Below, piece after piece: positions 1-10,248 of a stretch of 64,000 bases of DNA (positions are counted from its first letter, which is position 1; each line of letters starts with the position of its first letter). Source of the DNA: Deltaproteobacteria bacterium. Its GTDB lineage: Bacteria > Myxococcota_A > Polyangia > JACPQR01. The position numbers and the translations under genes were made by a program. The stretch covers positions 1,370 to 65,369 of the forward strand of contig JACPQR010000184.1 of NCBI GenBank assembly GCA_016190375.1, in the 5' to 3' direction. The notes beneath the pieces are model-generated. The model was not told the origin of the DNA and did not search any database. It worked only from the letters and a program-made list of their open reading frames with translations.

Positions 1-144
1 TGGCTGGATCCGGAGCGCGCCGTCGAGCGCCGTGACGTTCTCGGCGGCCCCGCGCGCGGGCGAGTCCTGGCGGCGCTCGACGAGGCCGAGGCCCGGCTCC
101 ACGAACGCGGCGACGAATCCTCATGCACCACTTCGAGTACGTAG
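1..144 (+). CDS. argH: 3' end of argininosuccinate lyase (partial, runs off window)
   Basis: Frame 1 reads WLDPERAVERRDVLGGPARGRVLAALDEAEARL...*, resembling the ArgH C-terminus; argH-lysA is a common gene order. Confidence 0.7.
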   Translation, partial: WLDPERAVERRDVLGGPARGRVLAALDEAEARLHERGDESSCTTSST

Positions 145-1379
145 GCGACGATTTCTGCGCCGAAGCGGTGCGGCTCGATTCGATCGCCGCCGCGGTCGGA
201 ACGCCGACCTACGTCTACAGCACGGCGACGCTCCTCAGGCACCTGGAAGCGTTCGACGCTGCATTCGCAGCGAGACCCCACCTCGTCTGCTACTCGGTCA
301 AGGCGAGCTCGAACCTGGCGGTCCTGCACCTGCTCGGCGAGCACGGCGCCGGGATGGACGTCGTCTCGATCGGCGAGATCCACCGAACGCGTCTGGCGGG
401 CGTGCCCGGATCCCGGGTCGTGTTCTCCGGCGTCGGAAAGCAGGCTCACGAGATCGAGGCGGCGCTCGACGCAGACCTCAGGATGATCAACGTCGAGAGC
501 GAGCCCGAGCTCGACCTGGTCGAACGCGTGGCCGAGCACGCCGGAAAGCGCGCCCGGATCGCCATCCGGGTGAACCCCGAGGTCGATCCCCGCACGCACC
601 CGTACGTCGCGACCGGCCTTCAGGAGAGCAAGTTCGGCGTCACCTCGGATCTCGCGGAGGCGCTCTACGCGCGCGCGGCGGCGTCGAGGTGGCTCGACGT
701 CGTCGGCATCGACTGCCACATCGGCTCGCAGCTCGTCGACGTGGAGCCCTTCGTCGACGCCGTGCGCCGGGTCGCGATCCTGGCCCGCAAGCTCCGTGAC
801 CGAGGGATCGCGATCTCGCAGTTCGATCTGGGCGGCGGGCTCGGCATCGCCTACCGGGAGGGCACGCCCGCCCCGCCGCATCCGAGCGAGTACGGCAAGG
901 CGGTCCTCGAGGCGCTCGACGCGGAAGGCTGCGGCGACCTGGAGGTCGTCGTCGAGCCAGGCCGCGCGATCGTCGGGAACTCCGGGATCCTCCTCTGCCG
1001 CGTCCTGCACCTGAAGCGCACGCCCGTCCGCACCTTCGTCGTGGTCGACGCGGGCATGAACGACCTGGTGCGCCCGGCGCTCTACGGGTCGTTCCACGAG
1101 ATCCGCCCCGTTCGGCGCGGCGTCGGTGCGCCGGTCGAGGTCGACGTCGTGGGCCCGGTCTGCGAGAGCGGCGACTTCCTCGCGCGCGGGTGGCCTCTGC
1201 CCCTCCCCGAGCCCGGTGACCTCCTGGCCGTGATGAGCGCGGGCGCCTACGGCTTCGTGATGTCATCCACGTACAACTCGCGCCCACGACCTGCCGAGGT
1301 GCTCGTGGACGGCGCCCGCTTCCGAGTCGTCCGCGACCGCGAGACCATCGAGGACCTGACGCGCGGCGAGCGGATCTAG
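123..1379 (+). CDS. lysA: Diaminopimelate decarboxylase
   Basis: YSVKASSN (PLP Lys), HIGSQ, DLGGGLG, EPGRAIV, GPVCESGD, GAYG...YNSRP motifs. Confidence 0.96.
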   Translation: MHHFEYVGDDFCAEAVRLDSIAAAVGTPTYVYSTATLLRHLEAFDAAFAARPHLVCYSVKASSNLAVLHLLGEHGAGMDVVSIGEIHRTRLAGVPGSRVVFSGVGKQAHEIEAALDADLRMINVESEPELDLVERVAEHAGKRARIAIRVNPEVDPRTHPYVATGLQESKFGVTSDLAEALYARAAASRWLDVVGIDCHIGSQLVDVEPFVDAVRRVAILARKLRDRGIAISQFDLGGGLGIAYREGTPAPPHPSEYGKAVLEALDAEGCGDLEVVVEPGRAIVGNSGILLCRVLHLKRTPVRTFVVVDAGMNDLVRPALYGSFHEIRPVRRGVGAPVEVDVVGPVCESGDFLARGWPLPLPEPGDLLAVMSAGAYGFVMSSTYNSRPRPAEVLVDGARFRVVRDRETIEDLTRGERI

Positions 1380-3535
1380 CGCCTCGACTCGCGCGCCACG
1401 AGCACCGACGCGAGCGCCCAGATCAGCGCCGCGCCGGGTGGCGGCAACAGGCCCCCCACGGCCAGGATCGCGCCGAGCACGAGCGCGGAGGACGCGACGG
1501 TGACGTTGCGCCGGATGCCGCCAAGAGCCGCCCTCGCCTCGGCGAGGGCCTGAACGGCGTCGGTCACGCGGTCGCCAGCGAGCCGTACCGCCGGCTCTCC
1601 CTGGGGGGCGCCCGCCCACTTGAGCGCGATTGCGACGTCGGCGCTGTCGAGCGCCGCGCCGTCCCGCGCCGGGTGGCCGATGACCGCGACGGTGGTGCCC
1701 GACTCGGTGAGGCGGCGCACCTCGGACGCGCGCTCCTCCGGCTCGACCTGAGCGCGCACGTGGTCGACGCCGAGCGACTCGCCCAGCGACTCGGCGGTCG
1801 TCCGGGAGTCCCCGGTCAAGAGCACGGGCTCGATGCCGAGCCCGTCGAGCTTCTCCACCGCGTGGCGGGCCTCCGGCCTCGGAGCGTCGCACAGCCCGAT
1901 CACCGCCTGCACCTTGCCCGCGGCCGCGACCAGAATGGTGGTTCGGCCCTGGCCTTCCAGCCGGCTCACGATCTCGTCCGCCGCCGCGATCGAGACGCCC
2001 TCGGACAAGAGGAGCTGCCGCGACCCGACGACCAGGTTCTCGCCCCCGGGCGCCGCCCCGAGGACACCGCGGCCGGCCTGGTAGGCGGGCCGGCGCACCT
2101 CCGGCAGGTCGATCGTGCGCGCCGACGCGGCCGCCAGGAGGCCCTGCGTCACGGGGTGGTCCGGAGCGGCGGCGGCGGTCGCTGCCGCGGCGAGCCCCAG
2201 GAGCTCGCTCTCGTCGCGCTCCGCGATCCGCTCGACGTTCGTGACGGACGGAACACCGGTCGTGACCGTGCCCCTCGCGGGGAGCACCACGGTCCCGACG
2301 CGGGCGGCCGCGTCGACGGCGGCGGCGTCCCTGAAGAACGCTCCGTGCTTCGCGGCGCGGCCGATGCACGATGCCAGGGGCGAGGCGCCCGAGCGCCCCA
2401 GCGCTCGCCCCGACATGGCGAGGACCACCGAGGAGGCGCCGATCAGCGAGGCCGCGAGGCTGCGCCCCGCCAGCCACGTCTCGAGCGCCGCGACGACCAC
2501 GGCTCCGCCGATGGCGAGAGCCGTCGCGATGCGCGCGGCGAGCACGGCACCGCGGACGAGCGGGGCCTGCTTCGGCGACTGGCCGAGCCTCGCCACGCGG
2601 GCGAGCGTCCTCTCGGCTCCGACGAAGGTCGCGACGAGCCGCAGCTCTCCACGCGTGACCTTCGCGCCCGCGATCACGAGGTCTCCGCTGCGCACTCGCT
2701 CCTCGTCCTCGCTGAACGGCAGCGGCACCGTCGTCGCCTCGCCGGCGCGGACCACTCCGTCGACGGGAACGATCTCCCCGGTCGGGACGAGCACCTCCTC
2801 GCCTGCTCGCACGCGGTCGAGATCGGTCTCGGTCTCGCCTTCCGGCCGAACCAGGAGCGCCGAGCGCGGCAGCGCGGCGAGCATCGAGCGGAGCTCGCCG
2901 CCGGCCTGCCTGGCGAACCGCGCTTCCGCGTCACGGCCGAGCGTGCAGATGGCCGCGACCCCGGCCGCGAAGCCGAGGGGCAGCTCCGCGGCCGAGGCGC
3001 CGCTCGCGAGGAGGGCCGAGACCGCCGCCGCCACCGAGATCGCCGACGCCAGGAGCGGGAGCGCCTCCTCGAGACGCTCTGGCCCTTTCGCTGCCATGAC
3101 CGCGGAGCAGAGCGGGACCAGCAGGAGCAGCACGCAGACGGCCTGCATCGAGGCCGCGAGCACCGGCGGAAGAAACAGAGGAGTGACGGCTGCGAGCCCT
3201 CCCAGCAGCAGCACCGCCGCCAGCCGCCTCCCCCGGCCCCGCTCCTCGCCTCGCGCGCGGCTCGCTGGCGCCGTGTCCGGCTCGGTGTCGGACCTCTTGT
3301 CGGGAGCCTCGGGGAACGACCGGGCCGGCTCGGCAGCGGCAGGGGCAGGCGCCGCCGGCGCCTCGACGGGAGCCGGAGGCGGAAAAGAGGCCACACCGAA
3401 CTGCCCCTTGCACTCGGGGCTGCAGAAGTACCGGATCGTCTCCCCGTAGATTCCCATGGCGCCGGCGCGCAGCTTGTCGACGGACCTGCCGCAGACGGGG
3501 CAGGTAGCGTTCGCCGCTGCCGGGGGGGTCGCCAT
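1376..3535 (-). CDS. P1B-type heavy-metal ATPase homolog with N-terminal YHS/TRASH-like domain; catalytic motifs degenerate
   Basis: CPVCG...YFCSPECK N-terminus; GEIVPVDGVV, HP and LTGD retained; DKTGT reads PARGT, GDGIND reads GHPARD; no TGES or CPC. Confidence 0.8.
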   Translation of the reverse strand: MATPPAAANATCPVCGRSVDKLRAGAMGIYGETIRYFCSPECKGQFGVASFPPPAPVEAPAAPAPAAAEPARSFPEAPDKRSDTEPDTAPASRARGEERGRGRRLAAVLLLGGLAAVTPLFLPPVLAASMQAVCVLLLLVPLCSAVMAAKGPERLEEALPLLASAISVAAAVSALLASGASAAELPLGFAAGVAAICTLGRDAEARFARQAGGELRSMLAALPRSALLVRPEGETETDLDRVRAGEEVLVPTGEIVPVDGVVRAGEATTVPLPFSEDEERVRSGDLVIAGAKVTRGELRLVATFVGAERTLARVARLGQSPKQAPLVRGAVLAARIATALAIGGAVVVAALETWLAGRSLAASLIGASSVVLAMSGRALGRSGASPLASCIGRAAKHGAFFRDAAAVDAAARVGTVVLPARGTVTTGVPSVTNVERIAERDESELLGLAAAATAAAAPDHPVTQGLLAAASARTIDLPEVRRPAYQAGRGVLGAAPGGENLVVGSRQLLLSEGVSIAAADEIVSRLEGQGRTTILVAAAGKVQAVIGLCDAPRPEARHAVEKLDGLGIEPVLLTGDSRTTAESLGESLGVDHVRAQVEPEERASEVRRLTESGTTVAVIGHPARDGAALDSADVAIALKWAGAPQGEPAVRLAGDRVTDAVQALAEARAALGGIRRNVTVASSALVLGAILAVGGLLPPPGAALIWALASVLVARESRR

Positions 3536-3603
3536 GGCCGCGGCGAGACTAGCACGCGGTCTCCTTGACCCACCCCGGCAAGTGGGCTAGTGCACCGGCA
3601 CGA

Positions 3604-5271
3604 ATGCGGTATCAGTGCGTGAGCTGCGACCTGTCATTCGACGTCGACGGCGAGAAGCCGCGCTGTCCGCGGTGCCGCAAGACCACGGGCCTCGAGCTCG
3701 TGCCGGAAGGCCGAGCGCCCAGGAAGAACGTGCGCGGCGTCGTTGCGCTCGCCGCCATCCTCGCGGCCGTCGCCGGCGGATACCTGTGGTGGGCCGAGCG
3801 CGCGCCCGCCGGCGTGCCGTCGGACGTGCCGATGCGCCCGCTGGAGTCCGACGAGCTGGGCGCCTTCGCCCGCGATCGCGGCGTGACCTCCAAGCGTCCG
3901 CCGGCCCCGTTCGAGGAGTCGGAGCAGATCGCCCGCTTCGCCCGTCGCGCGTCGAAGGGCGCGTCCGGTAGAGCCGCGCTCGCGGCGGAGTGGGACGCCC
4001 TGCGCGAGCTGGGTGGCCAGGGAGGCTTCAGGCCGCACGTCGCGAACGAGCCCCGCGACACGGACGTGCGGTCCGCGAAGCGCGCGTTCGCAGCGATCCA
4101 GCGCAAGCACGGCGAGCGTCTGTACAGCCTCGAGCTCGCGCTGGTCCTCGCCTCGGCCGCGCGCGCGGTCGGCGCCCAGGCGATGGTGGTCGAGGTCCTC
4201 GCGTACCCCGGCGAGCGGACTCCGGTCGACCCTTCCGGGTATCTGGGCCACTTCGCGGTCGCGCTCGCTCCGGCCGGCAAGGCCAAGCGACCGATCGAGG
4301 TCTTCGACCTGCACCGGGACGCCAGGACGAGGCTACCGGCGTCGGGCGCCGTCGTGCTCGACGACGTGGCGGTGCTCGGTCACTTCCTCAACCACCAGGC
4401 CCTGTTCGAGCTGGGGCAGGCGAGCGACGCCGCGAGCGCGATGGAGAAGGTCGAGCTCGGCCTCGAGCTCGCGCCGCGTGCCGTGCCGCTCCTCGGGACC
4501 CGGGGCGCCATCCTCGCGTCCTCGGGCGCCGTGCGTGAGGGCATCCGCGACCTCGAGCGCGCGCTGCACGTCCGGCGCGATGCGGCGCGCCACCACAACC
4601 TCGGCGCGATGCTGCTGTCGACGGATCCGGACCGTGCGGCCCGCGAGGTCGGCGAGGCCCTGAGCGCCGCGCCCGACTTCGCTGCGGCCCACGCGACGAT
4701 GGCGGCGCTGCACATCGCCCGGTCGAACCTGACGGACGCGCTCGCCGAGCTCGAGACCGCCGAACGCCTCGATCGCGAGCTCTCGATGCTCCCGTTCTTC
4801 TGGGCCAACTACCACATGAAGCGCGGCGACGCCGACGCGGCCGTTCTCGCCGCGAAGGAGGCGGTGCGCCGCCGGCCCAACGACGACCGCGCGCACCTCA
4901 TGCTGGCCTCGCTCTATCACGAGCTCGGGCGAGTCCTCGACATGCACGCGGAGCTCCGGGCCGTGCTGGCGCGGACCTCGAACCGCGAGCAGATGCGGGA
5001 CCTGATCCGTGCGAACTTCGGCGCGGCCGCGCTGGAGGCGGCGGAGGAGCCCGAGGAGGAGCCCGCCGCCCACACGAGCAGCCCCGACGCGGGCAGCCGG
5101 GTGGCCGAGGATCAGGATGGAGGCGGAAGGGGCCTCGAGCTCGGCTCGAAGGTCCTGGGCACCGGCGGGGAGGGGGGCGGCCCGCGATTGCGCCTTGGGG
5201 ACGGCTCGGGGCTGAGGCTGGGCCCGGGCGCGCCGGGTGGGGGCCTGAAGCTTCGTCTCGGGGAACCATAG
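3604..5271 (+). CDS. Membrane-anchored TPR protein with N-terminal zinc ribbon
   Basis: CVSC...CPRC, one TM helix, several TPR-like helical repeats in the C-terminal half. Confidence 0.7.
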   Translation: MRYQCVSCDLSFDVDGEKPRCPRCRKTTGLELVPEGRAPRKNVRGVVALAAILAAVAGGYLWWAERAPAGVPSDVPMRPLESDELGAFARDRGVTSKRPPAPFEESEQIARFARRASKGASGRAALAAEWDALRELGGQGGFRPHVANEPRDTDVRSAKRAFAAIQRKHGERLYSLELALVLASAARAVGAQAMVVEVLAYPGERTPVDPSGYLGHFAVALAPAGKAKRPIEVFDLHRDARTRLPASGAVVLDDVAVLGHFLNHQALFELGQASDAASAMEKVELGLELAPRAVPLLGTRGAILASSGAVREGIRDLERALHVRRDAARHHNLGAMLLSTDPDRAAREVGEALSAAPDFAAAHATMAALHIARSNLTDALAELETAERLDRELSMLPFFWANYHMKRGDADAAVLAAKEAVRRRPNDDRAHLMLASLYHELGRVLDMHAELRAVLARTSNREQMRDLIRANFGAAALEAAEEPEEEPAAHTSSPDAGSRVAEDQDGGGRGLELGSKVLGTGGEGGGPRLRLGDGSGLRLGPGAPGGGLKLRLGEP

Positions 5272-5288
5272 AGGATGGAGGGCGAATC

Positions 5289-5915
5289 ATGGCGGACGAG
5301 AAGCCGATAGCACCGGGCGGAAGTCTGGCGGACGACGAGAAGGCCCTGCACAAGGGCAGGGGCAAGATGATGATGTTCATGGTGGTCGTGGTGATCGCGG
5401 CCATTGCGGGTGCCGTCTTCTTCGTGATGCAGAGCGGCAAGGGCGAGGAAGCGCGCGTGACCCAGCGATCGCTGAACAAGCTGCACGCCGACTACTACAG
5501 GCCGTTCTGGGGCTGCGCGCTGCAGGGCCCGGTCGAGCGATACAAGCGCGACACGGACCTCATCGCCAAGCTCTCGAAGATGGCGACGGGCTCGGAGAAG
5601 CGCTACGCGGCGTACATCCGCACCAAGTGCATGCCGCAGATCGCGCCCTACAGGACCAAGCTAGACTCGCTGCCTCCGGCGCCGGAGATGTACGGCGATC
5701 AGATCCAGGAGCTCGGCGCGCGCATCGACCAGGTACGTTCCTCGTGGACGGACTTCGTCGCCTACCTCGAGTCCGGCGACGTCGACCCGGAGACCACCCC
5801 CGAGCGCGTGGAGCTGGTCGCCAAGGGCTGGTACGAGTACGCGAAGACACGTCGCGAGATCCAGGGCACGACCCTCGAGGCGCTCGGCGAGGAATCGACC
5901 TCGGCGGCGCGGTAG
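5289..5915 (+). CDS. Hypothetical single-pass membrane protein
   Basis: GGAGG SD; TM MMMFMVVVVIAAIAGAVFFV; helical extracytoplasmic part with 2 Cys; host-like codon usage. Confidence 0.7.
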   Translation: MADEKPIAPGGSLADDEKALHKGRGKMMMFMVVVVIAAIAGAVFFVMQSGKGEEARVTQRSLNKLHADYYRPFWGCALQGPVERYKRDTDLIAKLSKMATGSEKRYAAYIRTKCMPQIAPYRTKLDSLPPAPEMYGDQIQELGARIDQVRSSWTDFVAYLESGDVDPETTPERVELVAKGWYEYAKTRREIQGTTLEALGEESTSAAR

Positions 5916-5918
5916 GCC

Positions 5919-6950
5919 CTACTCCCTCGACCCCACGACGACCGACGTCTCCTTGAACCCTCCGCTCGTGCAGTAGAGCGAGAGAGTCACTCGTGCGCCC
6001 GGCTGGTGGTGCACGATGGCCTCGTCCAGCTCCTCGGGCGTGCGCACCGGATGGCTGTCGACCGCCCAGACGATGACGGGCTCGGTGGGGCCGCAGGCCG
6101 CTCCCGCGCCGAAGCCCGCGCTCGCGGGGCTGCCGGGCGCGATCGACGTCACGAGGACGCCCCGCACGCGCTGATCGACGAACTGCACCCCGTCGAGGCC
6201 GATCCACGGTCGGGGCTCAGGCGGCTCGGACTCGCGCCGCCTGACCTCTTCGAGGAAATCGCGCACCGCGTTCGACGGCACCGCGAAGCCGATGCCCTGG
6301 TTGCCGCCCGAACGCGAGAAGATCGCGGTCGAGACCCCGACCACACGACCGCGCGCGTCCGCCAGCGGGCCGCCGGAGTTGCCAGGGTTGATGGCGGCGT
6401 CGGTCTGCAGGACGTCACGCATCGTCCCGCCGGATGGCAGGGGCAGCGCGCGCCTGGCGCTCAGTATGCCCAGGGTCAGGGTGCCCCCGAGCCCGAAAGG
6501 CGCCCCAACGGCCAGGACCGTTTGACCTACCCTGGCTCGGTCGGAGTCGCCCAGGCGCAGCGGGGGCGGCGAAGGCCCCACCAGGGTTGGCTCGACCAGT
6601 GCCAGGTCCCAGTCCTCAAGCGTTGCGATGACCTTCCCCGGTGCGGTCCGACCGTCCGAGTACCGGATCTCGATGGGCTGCGGAGCCAGGGTGGGCTGAG
6701 CCCCGGCGGCCGCCGGCCCCGCGCGCTGCGGCGGGATGACATGTAGATTCGTGAGGATACGGCCCGTGCGGTCGACCACGAACCCCGACCCGACGGTGCC
6801 GGAGCCGGAGGCGATGGTGACGGTCGAGCGGGTCAGCACCCCGCCCAGCCGGACACGAGTAGCCTCGGTGAGCTCCTGCGCGCAAGCTCCGCTTTCGACC
6901 GCCGTGATGGCGGCGGCAAGGACGATCGCGGCGACGAGCCGCCCGCGCAT
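5919..6950 (-). CDS. HtrA/DegP-like S1C serine protease with PDZ domain
   Basis: GSGFVV, TNLHV, DLAL, QTDAAINPGNSGG; signal peptide; C-terminal PDZ-like region. Confidence 0.9.
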   Translation of the reverse strand: MRGRLVAAIVLAAAITAVESGACAQELTEATRVRLGGVLTRSTVTIASGSGTVGSGFVVDRTGRILTNLHVIPPQRAGPAAAGAQPTLAPQPIEIRYSDGRTAPGKVIATLEDWDLALVEPTLVGPSPPPLRLGDSDRARVGQTVLAVGAPFGLGGTLTLGILSARRALPLPSGGTMRDVLQTDAAINPGNSGGPLADARGRVVGVSTAIFSRSGGNQGIGFAVPSNAVRDFLEEVRRRESEPPEPRPWIGLDGVQFVDQRVRGVLVTSIAPGSPASAGFGAGAACGPTEPVIVWAVDSHPVRTPEELDEAIVHHQPGARVTLSLYCTSGGFKETSVVVGSRE

Positions 6951-7075
6951 GCCTTACAGAATAGCCGGTCGCGGTCATCGGGCAAGGAGCCACTTCGCTT
7001 CCCATGACCGGCGCGCCTCGGTCTACACTCCGCCTTGCTCGGGGGGCCCTGGCCACCCGGAGGACGTGTATCGCG

Positions 7076-9565
7076 ATGACGATCGACGTTCCGAGCTGCA
7101 TCCGACCCTTCGCGCTCCCTGGCGACCGGCGCCACTTCGAGAAGGACGTGCCCTTCACGCTCCGACACCTTCGGCTGGACGTGACGCTCGACTTCGAGTC
7201 GCGATCGGTCGCCGGCACGGTGCGGCTGACCCTCTTGCCCGTGACGAACGGCACGAGCGAGGTCCACCTCGACGCCCGCGAGATGAGGGTCACCGCGGTA
7301 CGCGGCCGCGAGGGCGAGCCGCTGCGATTCACCCACGCCAACGGCGGTCTTCGGGTCGCGCTGCCTGGACCCTTCGAGCGCGGCCGGCCGCAGGAGATCG
7401 AGGTCGCGTACCAGGCGACGCCGCGGCGAGGCCTGTACTTCGTCTCGCGGGACCAGGCCTGGACGCAGGGCGAGGCCGAGGACACGAGGTACTGGTTCCC
7501 GTGCCTCGACCTCCCGAGCGCCAAGTCCACGAGCGAGGTGCGAGTGACGGTGCCTTCGGGGTTGTTCGCGCTCTCGAACGGAGTGCTGGTCGAGGAGCAC
7601 GAAGACCCGACCGCCGGTCGCAAGACCTTCCACTGGCGACACGACGTCCCGCACCCGGCCTACCTCGTGTCGCTCGCGGTCGGCCCGTTCGCGGAGGTCG
7701 TCGACGATCGGAACGGCATCCAGATCCGCTACTACGTCCCGGCGGACAGGGTCGGCGACGCGCGCCGAGCCTTCGGGCGCACGCCCGAGATGATCGAGCG
7801 GTTCTCGTCGCTACTGGGCGTCCCGTATCCCTACCCGAAGTACGCCCAGGTCGTGGTCGACGACTTCATCTTCGGCGGGATGGAGAACACCACGGCGACC
7901 ACGATGCACCGGTTCGTCCTGCTGGACGAGCGCGCCGCCATCGACTTCACCGCCGACCACATCGTCGCGCACGAGCTCGCCCACCAGTGGTTCGGCGACC
8001 TGGTCACCTGCCGCGAATGGTCCGAGGGGTGGCTCAACGAGGGATTCGCCACCTTCTTCGAGAGCGTCGACCTCGAGCACCACGAGGGTCGCGAGGAGGC
8101 CGCGTTCTATCGGATGGCCGAGGTCACCCGCTTCATCGAGGAGGACTCGGGTCGCTATCGGCGTGCCATCGTGGAGCGCACGTACCGGGAGCCGATCGAC
8201 CTGTTCGATCGCCATCTCTACGAGAAGGCCGGCGCGGTGCTCCACATGCTCCGCCGCAAGCTGGGCGAGGAGGGATTCTGGCGCTCCATCCAGCTCTACC
8301 TCGAGCGGCACCGGGGTGGAGCGGTCGAGACGACCGACCTCGTCCGCGCCATCGAGGAGACCACCGGGCGCTCGATCCGCCGGTTCTTCGACCAGTGGGT
8401 CCACTCCGCCGGCTTTCCCGAGCTCGAGGCGATCTACGCCTGGGACGGCGACGCCCGGCTCGCGCGCCTCACCATCCGCCAGAAGCGGACCGAGGGGACC
8501 AATCTGTTCCACCTCGAGCTCCCCGTCTTCTTCGGCAAGGGAAGCGCCAGGGAGTGTCGCGAGATCGTCGTCGCGGAGGAGCACGAGACCTTCGCCTTCG
8601 CGCTGCCGTTCGAGCCCGAGCGCGTCGTCATCGATCCGTGGGAGGACGTCCTCGGGCGCATCAAGCTCGATCCGGGCCGGGAGATGCTCCTGACGCAGCT
8701 CCGCGAGGAGCCGGAGGCCCCGGCGCGGGCACGAGCGGCCGAGGTCCTCGGCGCCGCTCATGGCGACCTCGAGGTCCTCGATGCGCTCGGCGCGTCCCTC
8801 GCGTCGGATCGCTTCTGGGCGGTCCAGGCCGCGGCTGCCACGGCCCTCGGCGAGACGCGCTCCGGCCGGGCGCTCGAGATCCTCGCCAGCCACACGTCCG
8901 TCGCGCACCCCAAGGCCCGGCGCGCGGTGGCGAAGGCGCTCGGCAACTTCAGGGACCCGGGCGCCGCGCGAGCGCTCCAGGCGATGCTCGAGAACGAACC
9001 GAGCTGGTTCGTCAACGCCGAGGCCCTGAGATCACTGGGCAAGACCCGCGTCCCGGACGCTCTGGATACGCTCGTCCGCGCGCTCGACCAGGACTCCTAC
9101 GAGGATCAGATCCGCGTCGGCGCGCTCGACGGCCTCGCGGAGAAGCGCGACGACCGAGCGATTCCGATCGCGATGGAGCGGACGGGCGCGGGTCACTACG
9201 CAACCGTCCGGTCGGCCGCGTGCCGGACCCTCGGCAAGCTCGGCGAGAACAAGAGCGAGGTCCGCGAGCAGCTCCAGCGAGTCCTGGACGACTCCGACCT
9301 GCGGGTGCGGATCGCCGCACTTCGAGCGCTGGGCGAGCTCGGCGACCCGAGGGCCCTCGGGGCCATCGACCGGGTCGTGGAGCGGGACCTCGATGGACGC
9401 GTGGTCCGCGTGGCCCGCGAGGTCGCGCGTGACCTGGGAACGGGGCGGCGCTGGACGGACGAGCTGGGGGCGCTGCGCGACACCGTGGAGAAGACGAGGC
9501 AGGCAGCTCGCGCGCTCGAGGATCGCGTCGCCCTGCTCGAGGCACGATTGAAGAAGGAGGCTTGA
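7076..9565 (+). CDS. M1 family aminopeptidase with C-terminal HEAT repeats
   Basis: GGMEN, HELAHQW-x-WLNEG, YEKAG; HEAT-like tail; start ATG 7076 preferred over 7004. Confidence 0.92.
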   Translation: MTIDVPSCIRPFALPGDRRHFEKDVPFTLRHLRLDVTLDFESRSVAGTVRLTLLPVTNGTSEVHLDAREMRVTAVRGREGEPLRFTHANGGLRVALPGPFERGRPQEIEVAYQATPRRGLYFVSRDQAWTQGEAEDTRYWFPCLDLPSAKSTSEVRVTVPSGLFALSNGVLVEEHEDPTAGRKTFHWRHDVPHPAYLVSLAVGPFAEVVDDRNGIQIRYYVPADRVGDARRAFGRTPEMIERFSSLLGVPYPYPKYAQVVVDDFIFGGMENTTATTMHRFVLLDERAAIDFTADHIVAHELAHQWFGDLVTCREWSEGWLNEGFATFFESVDLEHHEGREEAAFYRMAEVTRFIEEDSGRYRRAIVERTYREPIDLFDRHLYEKAGAVLHMLRRKLGEEGFWRSIQLYLERHRGGAVETTDLVRAIEETTGRSIRRFFDQWVHSAGFPELEAIYAWDGDARLARLTIRQKRTEGTNLFHLELPVFFGKGSARECREIVVAEEHETFAFALPFEPERVVIDPWEDVLGRIKLDPGREMLLTQLREEPEAPARARAAEVLGAAHGDLEVLDALGASLASDRFWAVQAAAATALGETRSGRALEILASHTSVAHPKARRAVAKALGNFRDPGAARALQAMLENEPSWFVNAEALRSLGKTRVPDALDTLVRALDQDSYEDQIRVGALDGLAEKRDDRAIPIAMERTGAGHYATVRSAACRTLGKLGENKSEVREQLQRVLDDSDLRVRIAALRALGELGDPRALGAIDRVVERDLDGRVVRVAREVARDLGTGRRWTDELGALRDTVEKTRQAARALEDRVALLEARLKKEA

Positions 9566-9570
9566 ACGCC

Positions 9571-10170
9571 ATGAGGTCCCTCGCGCTGTCACTGTCACTG
9601 TCATTGTCACTGTCACTGTCATTGTCGCTCCTGGCCTGGGACGCCTCTGCCCAGCCGCACACCGTCACCGGCAACCCGGCGACGAGCTACGTGCGCGACT
9701 CCGGGCCCCACTCGCGGCCGCTGGACTTCTCGGCGCTCGTCGGGACCCCCGGCGTGGGCCTCGTGGGCTTCGGCGGAGGCGTGCGAATCGCCTTCCCTCT
9801 GGTTCACGACGGCTTCATCGGCTCGCTCAACAACTCGGTCAAGCTCGAGACCGGCGTCGAGTTCTATCACTGGAGCTTCCTCTCCTTCGCGTACCAGAGC
9901 ATCGCCGTCCCGATCCAGATGAGGTGGGACTTCTACCTCGTGCCCGACTGGACGGTCTTCGCCGCGCTCGGCGTCGCCATCAACGTCTACAACTTCGACG
10001 AGGGCTTCTTCGGCGCCCCGGACGGCGTGGCCTTCTTCAGCTTCGGTGGCGGCGGCGTCATCACGAGCGCCCTGGGTGTCGGCGCGATGTGGAACATGAA
10101 CGATTCGATGGCGCTCCGCCTCGACGCGTCGGCGAACCTCCTGGGCGTCGGGCTGACCTTCCGCCTGTGA
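9571..10170 (+). CDS. Putative outer-membrane beta-barrel protein
   Basis: Signal peptide, alternating aromatic/hydrophobic strands, C-terminal GLTFRL. Confidence 0.65.
   Translation: MRSLALSLSLSLSLSLSLSLLAWDASAQPHTVTGNPATSYVRDSGPHSRPLDFSALVGTPGVGLVGFGGGVRIAFPLVHDGFIGSLNNSVKLETGVEFYHWSFLSFAYQSIAVPIQMRWDFYLVPDWTVFAALGVAINVYNFDEGFFGAPDGVAFFSFGGGGVITSALGVGAMWNMNDSMALRLDASANLLGVGLTFRL
9586..9627 (+). repeat. Hexamer tandem repeat (YTGTCR)x7 encoding (LS)7 in the signal peptide
   Basis: ctgtca ctgtca ctgtca ttgtca ctgtca ctgtca ttgtcg. Confidence 0.9.
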
Positions 10171-10248
10171 CCTGGCAGGGGATGCGGGCCACCCCGATCC
10201 CGTACACAATCGTCAGGGGAGCTGTAAGGAACGGCCCCCCCGACGGTC

